31,110 bases of DNA. Origin: a virus. Taxonomy: Duplodnaviria; Caudoviricetes. Positions 25,838 through 31,110 of this stretch are shown here, in pieces (the first letter of the stretch is position 1; each line of letters starts with the position of its first letter). The stretch is from positions 1 to 31,110 of the IMG/VR virus record IMGVR_UViG_3300031451_000010; one strand, 5' to 3'. A program made the translations under genes and the position numbers. The notes under the pieces are model-generated. The model made no database searches. It was given only the letters and a program-made list of their open reading frames with translations, and was not told the DNA's origin.

Positions 25838-26218
25838 TTACTGCTGGCCGATTTTGATAACGACCGCGCTCAGGCAGAGCTGGGTCGTGCGCGGCAGGGG
25901 CGTCTCCACCTCGTAAGCGCCGCCGTAGTCGCCCCCCGTGATCTGCACCCGGTCTTTGGCGGTGAGGGCCGCGCCGTGGGGCAGGTGGAGCCGGAAGGCG
26001 GCGCTTGACTGCAACTGGTCGCCCTGCACCTGCTCCGGGCGGGGCCGGTACGGAGCAAGACGGGCCGGATAGGTCGGGCCGGGCGGGTAGGTGACGATTT
26101 CGCCGCCGCGCCCGTTGCTCGTCTTGGTATAGACCAGGACCTGCGCCGTGTCCACAAGGGACTCTTCCATCGCCGCCCGCGCGTCCGCGAGTTCCTGCGC
26201 GTCCATCGGCTCAAACAT
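25838..26218 (-). CDS. Head closure (stopper) protein
   Basis: 126 aa; SNGRGG..LHLPHGAALTAKDRVQI..YEV; synteny. Confidence 0.7.
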   Translation of the reverse strand: MFEPMDAQELADARAAMEESLVDTAQVLVYTKTSNGRGGEIVTYPPGPTYPARLAPYRPRPEQVQGDQLQSSAAFRLHLPHGAALTAKDRVQITGGDYGGAYEVETPLPRTTQLCLSAVVIKIGQQ

Positions 26219-26237
26219 GGCCTAAAACCCTGCCCTT

Positions 26238-26639
26238 TTAAGCCGTGTTGTCCGTGTCCGAGACGGCGACAGGGATCGGCAGGAGCGGGAAGGCGGCGCG
26301 GGCCGGGGCCGGGGCCGTCACCGAGCCGGACAGCTTGTTTTTGTATTGGAGCGCCATTTTGCCGCACATCTCAAAGACCTGGGAGCGGGACAGCCTTTGG
26401 TCCGCCTCCTGCATGTCGTAATGGCCCGCGCAGCCCGCCTGTTTCTGTTCCCAGCCCCGGTACAGGGCGTAGTTCAGGTTCCATGTCGGCTCCCAGAGAG
26501 GGTCCGAGGGCGCGCGCCCCCAGTGGTCGGCGCGGCGGGCGGAGGCGACCAGCATCTCCACCTCGTCGCCGCTGAGTTTTGGGTACTGGTCGGCTTTGAC
26601 GAGCAGCCGGATACGCGCGCGGGCCTCATCTTCGGTCAT
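26238..26639 (-). CDS. Head-tail adaptor-like protein
   Basis: ARIRLL..LSGDEVEMLV..QRLSRSQ; synteny. Confidence 0.65.
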   Translation of the reverse strand: MTEDEARARIRLLVKADQYPKLSGDEVEMLVASARRADHWGRAPSDPLWEPTWNLNYALYRGWEQKQAGCAGHYDMQEADQRLSRSQVFEMCGKMALQYKNKLSGSVTAPAPARAAFPLLPIPVAVSDTDNTA

Positions 26640-26664
26640 GCACCTGGCCTACTTCTGAAGGAAA

Positions 26665-27075
26665 CTAGCGCCCGCGCAGGGCGGCTTTGGCCTGTTCCGG
26701 GTTGGTTTCCGGCGTCGGCAAGCCCTGCGTCACGCCGCTGACGGTGTAGTTCTCGCGGGGCGTCGGGTCGGGGATCGTGCCCCGAAACCCCACCTGGTCC
26801 TCAGCGTCCTTTTTTGCCTGCACCTGGGCCGCGCCCGCGTCCTTTTTCGCGTCCGGCAACTTGCCGTCCGGCGCGGAGGTCTGGGCGCTCGGCTCGGCGA
26901 GAGTGGGCGGCTTCGCGGCGACTTCCTCCGGCTTGGGCGGCAGCGCGGCGGCAGGTGTTGCTGCTGTAGGCGCTGCTGCTGTAGGCGCTGCTGCTATAGG
27001 TATTGCTGCTTCAGGTGCTTTCGTATCAGGTGTTGTTTTGGCGTCGGTGCTCGTCGGGGTCGTCTGATCGGCCAT
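26665..27075 (-). CDS. Pro/Ala-rich hypothetical head-associated protein
   Basis: AAGGAG RBS; degenerate AAAPT repeats; C-terminal GFRGTIPDPTPRENYTV. Confidence 0.65.
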   Translation of the reverse strand: MADQTTPTSTDAKTTPDTKAPEAAIPIAAAPTAAAPTAATPAAALPPKPEEVAAKPPTLAEPSAQTSAPDGKLPDAKKDAGAAQVQAKKDAEDQVGFRGTIPDPTPRENYTVSGVTQGLPTPETNPEQAKAALRGR

Positions 27076-27232
27076 AGTTTCTCTCCTTGTTCAAAATCGG
27101 CTCCTGTTTTGCCCGAAGCCGAAGAAACGCGGCGGGTGAACCGCTGAGAAGTCTTGCCAGCGCCGCCTGAGTGAGCGCGCGGTTCGCTTCCTGCTGCATG
27201 TAGGCCAGAGCGCGGGCGTCTTCTTCGGTCAT
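27026..27232 (-). CDS. Small hypothetical protein
   Basis: GAGG RBS; N-terminus MTEEDARA resembles the adaptor's MTEDEARA; overlaps the next gene by 50 nt. Confidence 0.45.
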   Translation of the reverse strand: MTEEDARALAYMQQEANRALTQAALARLLSGSPAAFLRLRAKQEPILNKERNYGRSDDPDEHRRQNNT

Positions 27233-27271
27233 GGACGGACCTCTCAGGCGTACAGACTAGGGCGACGCAGG

Positions 27272-28207
27272 TTAGGGCGACTGGAGCACCGCAAACGGAT
27301 AGCGGTTGGCCTCGGTCTGCTGCTGGTAGTTGATGGTGTTGGCGACCTGGAAGGCGATGCGGAACGTCAGACGGATGGCGATCATGTCCTGCTGGGCGAG
27401 GTTATAGATGATCGCGCCCGTGCCGTCCTGGATGACCGCCTGGTCCAACTTTTTCCAGGTCATGTCCTTGCGCGTGCCGAGGATGCCCTGGCTGAAGTCG
27501 CCCGCGATGACTTCCGCCGCGCCCAGGCCCGCAGGCCACAGTCCGGGCATGGCATAATTCAGCGGCGAGCCTTCAATGGTGTTGGTGTTGATGTCCAGCA
27601 GCTTCTGGCCCATCGTGTCACGCGCGCCGCGCAGGTAGCGTTTGTAGGTATTGGGGAGCACAAAGCCGTTGACGGCGTAGCCGGCGGTTTCCACCTTAGC
27701 CAGCAATTGATTGAAATCCTCGGCGATGCCGCCCTGGGCCTGCGGGGCCGTGCCGCGTGTCACGGTGTTGCCGTGCGCCTTCGCAGCGACGGCGATGGCA
27801 TCGGGCCACGAGGTCGGCTTGCCCGCGCCGAAGAAGATGGCGGCGTCCAGGGCGCGGCCCACGGCTTCCTCGATGAGCGGCTGCGCGGCCCCCCAGAGGT
27901 CGAAGGTCATGTCCTCGTAGACGCTCTCGGCGACGGGCATGATGACGGCCATCTCCTCGACCATGAGGTACTTGTTGCTCCACGCCAGCTCGGTCGTCTG
28001 CTTCTGCCCGGTGTCGCCGTTGACGAAGTAGGCGGTGGGCAGGGCCGAGAGGACGGGCATCCGCGTGACATTCGTGGACATCGGAATTTTTTTGAACAGG
28101 GACAGGGACGCACACATCGTCGTCAGGTTGGTCAGGATCGCGTCGGAGACTTCCTCCGGGATCGTGGCCTGTACGTTTGTGCGCGATGTCAGATTGTTAA
28201 AAGCCAT
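27272..28207 (-). CDS. Major capsid protein (HK97 fold)
   Basis: GGAG RBS with ATG 28207 (MAFNNLTSR); IPEEVS..AYFVNGDTG..GDFS..NLAQQDMIAIR. Confidence 0.9.
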   Translation of the reverse strand: MAFNNLTSRTNVQATIPEEVSDAILTNLTTMCASLSLFKKIPMSTNVTRMPVLSALPTAYFVNGDTGQKQTTELAWSNKYLMVEEMAVIMPVAESVYEDMTFDLWGAAQPLIEEAVGRALDAAIFFGAGKPTSWPDAIAVAAKAHGNTVTRGTAPQAQGGIAEDFNQLLAKVETAGYAVNGFVLPNTYKRYLRGARDTMGQKLLDINTNTIEGSPLNYAMPGLWPAGLGAAEVIAGDFSQGILGTRKDMTWKKLDQAVIQDGTGAIIYNLAQQDMIAIRLTFRIAFQVANTINYQQQTEANRYPFAVLQSP

Positions 28208-28254
28208 TTTGGTTCTCCGTAAAATAGATGAACAGGGGCTGGGCGGAGAACCAA

Positions 28255-28352
28255 ACAAGGGCTTTTCATGCCCCACAAGGGCTTTTCATGCCCCACAAGG
28301 GCTTTTCATGCCCCACAAGGGCTTTTCATGCCCCACAAGGGCTTTTCATGCC
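28255..28352. repeat. 20-bp tandem array x4.9 (ACAAGGGCTTTTCATGCCCC)
   Basis: Perfect intergenic repeats starting 5 nt after the scaffold stop. Confidence 0.95.
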
Positions 28353-28357
28353 TCTGT

Positions 28358-28912
28358 CTAGCTCCGCAGCAGCGTGTTCATATCGGCGCGAGCGCCCTGG
28401 GTGTTGCGGGCCGCCCCCGCGTCTCCGCCAAGCGCCCCCGCGCCGAACAAGGCGGGGTAGCTCTTTTGGAGCTGCGTCAGTGCCGCTTTCAGGGCGGCGG
28501 GGTCCGGCTCGCCCGTTTTCGGGTCGGACGGGACCAGGGCCTCGCTGATCTTGGCGACGATCAAATCCGGGTACAGCGCGTTCGTTTCCCCCACGGCGCG
28601 GGTCAACGATTTTTCCCGCGCGTCTTGCAGACGGGCCGCCTTCAGCGTGTTATTTTCGTCTTCCAACGCCTTCAGCCGGTCGGCGGCGCGCTGGGCTTCG
28701 GTCTTGTTCGCTTCCTCAAACTGGGTCACGCGGCCCTCGGCGGCAGTCGCGCGGACGCGGTGCTGGGCAGCTTCCTGCCGAAGTTTTTGCACGTATTCGA
28801 GGCTGAAGGTCTCCGGCTCCGGGCCGGGCGACTGTGCCGCTGCCTCGGCTCCGGTTCCTCCGGCGGCCTCGGCGGGCTGGGGTGCGGCGACTGGCACGAC
28901 TTCTTCTGACAT
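28358..28912 (-). CDS. Capsid scaffolding protein
   Basis: YVQKLRQEAAQHR coiled coil..YPALFG..DMNTLLRS; directly upstream of the major capsid gene. Confidence 0.8.
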   Translation of the reverse strand: MSEEVVPVAAPQPAEAAGGTGAEAAAQSPGPEPETFSLEYVQKLRQEAAQHRVRATAAEGRVTQFEEANKTEAQRAADRLKALEDENNTLKAARLQDAREKSLTRAVGETNALYPDLIVAKISEALVPSDPKTGEPDPAALKAALTQLQKSYPALFGAGALGGDAGAARNTQGARADMNTLLRS

Positions 28913-28983
28913 CGGGAAAAGTGCCTCCTGGACACAGCGGGGAAAGGGATTCAAATCGCGTGGCTTGAAAGCTCGGGGCTTTG

Positions 28984-29044
28984 AAAACGAAAAAGACGCC
29001 CCGCGACAGTCGGCCCTTGCGGGTGGCCTGTCGCGAAGCGTCTT
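28984..29044 (-). terminator. Intrinsic terminator in the leader of late promoter P1
   Basis: AAGACGCTTCGCGACAG pairs with CTGTCGCGGGGCGTCTT, followed by TTTCGTTTT. Confidence 0.75.
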
Positions 29045-29125
29045 GTCTATGTTCCCCTGGAATGATGCACCTGGCATCAGTGACTAGGGGCTAGTCAATC
29101 TTCGTGAAAATGGCAATGTGTGGAT

Positions 29126-29154
29126 AGTATACAGCAGGCGGACGAGATTGTCAA
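29126..29154 (-). promoter_or_regulatory. Late promoter P1
   Basis: TTGACA, 17 nt spacer, TATACT; 25/29 identical to P2. The -35 is duplicated with a 15-bp period (29146-29174). Confidence 0.75.
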
Positions 29155-29240
29155 GCCCGTGATTGTCAAGCCCGCGCTTTATTTTTGTTTAAGGCGGCTG
29201 TCGCCTGTTTCCCGCGTCGCGGGAAGACTACCCGCGCGCC

Positions 29241-30302
29241 CTATTTTTTACCCTTCGCCGTCGCCAGATTGTTCTCAAACCGCACCCGCCCCCACTTGGG
29301 ATCGTCGGCCTCCCCTACCAGCGAGGCCAGCGCGATTTCCCCCGCCTTCCACGCCGCGAACTTGGCCGGGCCGAGGATGGATTTTTGCACGTCCTCAGAT
29401 TGCGAGAGGAACCACTCGCCGCCCGTCTGAGCCGGTTTCACAACCACATCGGGAACGTCAAAATCAGACATATCAAAGCCGAGCAAAAGTCTATCCTCGG
29501 CCCAGGTCGCCGTTACGGGCCGGGGTGAGCATCGGCAGCGCGGGTGGGACGCGAACTCCTCGTCCAGCGGATGCACCGTGCCGTCCATCATCAAACATAG
29601 GATACAGGTGTTCGGGCCGGGGTCGCACGTCCAGCACCACGCCTGGGCCACGTCCGCGTTCGCCCGGTAGATTTCCAGGCTCGCCTCCCGGTAGGCGGTC
29701 ATCGAAGTCGTGCGGGCGATGGTCAGCGCGCGGGACAGGGTTCCCCCCAGCACGGGGGCGATCTGCCGGGCGACCTGGGCCGGGCCGTTTCCCAGCGCGT
29801 TGTTTTGCAGCAGGGCGGCACGGACGCGCGCGCCCGCGTCTTCCGGCAAAGCGTCCAGCATGCCGCGCAGGGGAGTACCAGGTGCCAGCGAGACGGTCAG
29901 CTTTTGGAAGGCGACAGGGTGCAGCCGGTTAAAGGTCGTGAGCGCATTTGGCGGGGCGGGGCCGCGCCCTTCGGTGAGGTAGAAGCGCGCGTGGGTCTCG
30001 GCCAGCCGCAGGCGGGCGTGGGCAGCGTCGGCGATCACCGGCCCGGCGGCCTCGGCGAAGGCGGCGAGGCGGGCCTGCACCCCGGCCAGCAGCCGGGGCA
30101 GCCGCTCCCCCGCGTACAGCCAGCCCGCTGTCCATGCGCCCGTGCGGGCGGCCTCCTCCGCCTGCCGCTGCAAGTCGTCCAGCGCGCCCGAAATGTCGTC
30201 CGTGGCTTTGCGGAAGAGGCCCAGGAGGGCGAGCGCGAGGGCGGCGTCGGCGGCGAGCAGGGCGGCGCGGAACGCGGCTTCCGGGGCGACGGGCTTAGGC
30301 AT
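29241..30302 (-). CDS. Minor head morphogenesis protein (SPP1 gp7/Mu F family)
   Basis: RALTIARTT..WCW..TCILCLMMDG..HPRCRCS; start in a TGATG overlap. Confidence 0.85.
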   Translation of the reverse strand: MPKPVAPEAAFRAALLAADAALALALLGLFRKATDDISGALDDLQRQAEEAARTGAWTAGWLYAGERLPRLLAGVQARLAAFAEAAGPVIADAAHARLRLAETHARFYLTEGRGPAPPNALTTFNRLHPVAFQKLTVSLAPGTPLRGMLDALPEDAGARVRAALLQNNALGNGPAQVARQIAPVLGGTLSRALTIARTTSMTAYREASLEIYRANADVAQAWCWTCDPGPNTCILCLMMDGTVHPLDEEFASHPRCRCSPRPVTATWAEDRLLLGFDMSDFDVPDVVVKPAQTGGEWFLSQSEDVQKSILGPAKFAAWKAGEIALASLVGEADDPKWGRVRFENNLATAKGKK

Positions 30303-30532
30303 CAGCCAAAACTCCCGGCCAGAACCTTCGGCACGACGCAAACGACGCCCGTATACTTTTTGAAGGAAAGCGTGACGGTCCCGGCGGCAGAGGGCGCGTC
30401 GGCCAGGTGGGTCAACGTGTAGACGACACCCAACTCCTCGTCGGCCAGCAGCGCGTGTTCTATGGGCCGTCCGTCGCAGAAGACAACGTACTGCCGGGTG
30501 CATTCGTCGTGATCGGGGAAGAAGTAGACCAT
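30302..30532 (-). CDS. Small hypothetical protein
   Basis: 76 aa, translationally coupled at both ends. Confidence 0.6.
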   Translation of the reverse strand: MVYFFPDHDECTRQYVVFCDGRPIEHALLADEELGVVYTLTHLADAPSAAGTVTLSFKKYTGVVCVVPKVLAGSFG

Positions 30533-30583
30533 CGGTTAGTAGACCATCGGTTAGTAGACCATCGGTTAGTAGACCATCGGTTA
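30523..30583. repeat. 15-bp tandem array x4 (minus-strand unit TAA CCG ATG GTC TAC)
   Basis: Perfect repeats spanning stop 30581 and start 30532. Confidence 0.95.
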
Positions 30584-30823
30584 CTCGGGGGAGCCGAAAC
30601 AAGAAAAATAGTGGAAAACGGAAAGCCCACATCCGCAGGACGGACAATCAACACGCGCTTCCCGTCCGCCGCTGGAGCGGAGGCTTTCCTCCACCACCTT
30701 GTCCCCCGCTTCCAGCTGCACAATCGCGCTGCACTGGCGGCACACAATGCGTTTCCCGACCCACCACGGCGGGCGCGGCTTTTGTCGTTCCTCTTTGCTC
30801 ATGCCGGCAATAATAATCTTCAT
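30581..30823 (-). CDS. Small zinc-ribbon protein (MKIIIAG)
   Basis: CRQC...CPSC; AAGGA RBS before ATG 30823. Confidence 0.6.
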   Translation of the reverse strand: MKIIIAGMSKEERQKPRPPWWVGKRIVCRQCSAIVQLEAGDKVVEESLRSSGGREARVDCPSCGCGLSVFHYFSCFGSPE

Positions 30824-30856
30824 GGCGTTGATCCTTAGCGCGGGCAGTAAATCATT

Positions 30857-30946
30857 CTCAAAATCTTTTTGCTCAAAATCTTTTTGCTCAAAATCTTTTT
30901 GCTCAAAATCTTTTTGCTCAAAATCTTTTTGCTCAAAATCTTTTTG
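30857..30946. repeat. 15-bp tandem array x6 (CTCAAAATCTTTTTG)
   Basis: Perfect repeats, probably non-coding. Confidence 0.95.
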
Positions 30947-30985
30947 ACAGGGGCGGGAATTGCACCCGCTTGGGCCTCTTAACAT
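30945..30985 (-). pseudogene. tRNA-like 3' half (possible GTT anticodon)
   Basis: ATGTTAA-GAGGC-CCAA-GCGGG-TGCAATT-CCCGC-CCCTGTC-A matches the spacing of a tRNA 3' half; no 5' half in the window. Confidence 0.35.
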
Positions 30986-30989
30986 TTAT

Positions 30990-31110
30990 CATAATGCGCG
31001 TAAGACCCCTGGCTTTAGCCATGTGGGATATAAGCGCAACGTCTTTCCTAAGACGTTCTCTTTCTGTGTGTATTTTATAGCAAAGCGTGGTATAATAATC
31101 ATGTGAACAC
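30990..31110 (+). mobile_element. Left end of an IS200/IS605-family element, running off the window
   Basis: GCGCGTAAGACCCCTGGCTTTAGCCATGTGGGATATAAGCGC shares its hairpin core with the right end at 94-127; TATAAT at 31091-31096. Confidence 0.7.

Noticed and set aside
7725-30946. Tandem arrays as CRISPR arrays or iterons
   Set aside because: Units are head-to-tail with no spacers, are unrelated between arrays, and no cas or rep genes are present.
28208-30985. Upstream extensions of track ORFs (starts at 28276, 29077, 30647, 30985)
   Set aside because: They run through repeats, terminators or other genes; better-supported starts lie at 28207, 28912, 30302 and 30823.

Overview
This window is the late (virion and lysis) region of a GC-rich, long-tailed (siphovirus-type) phage or prophage, encoded almost entirely on the minus strand. 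In transcription order: two small hypotheticals, SPP1 gp7/Mu F-like minor head protein, scaffold, HK97-fold major capsid, head-tail connectors, tail terminator, FN3-extended tail tube, tail assembly chaperone with a -1 frameshift, tape measure, an RcGTA-like tail tip set (DUF2460, DUF2163/BR0599, NlpC/P60, tail-tip protein), a collagen-like/C1q fibre, two glycosyltransferases, a NIDO protein, and a lysis cassette ending in a GH5-like hydrolase. Terminase and portal are not in the window. There are three IS200/IS605-family pieces on the plus strand: a right end at the left edge, an internal element with a chimeric tnpB, and a left end at the right edge. Three features stand out. (1) Ten unrelated 12-20 bp tandem arrays and many 2-copy or decayed duplications sit at gene junctions, most containing the upstream stop codon. 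(2) One FN3 domain appears split into complementary halves 19 kb apart, on the NIDO protein C-terminus and the tail tube N-terminus. (3) Two near-identical late promoters have terminator-containing leaders, suggesting antitermination control. All family calls come from reading motifs by eye; no database searches were run.
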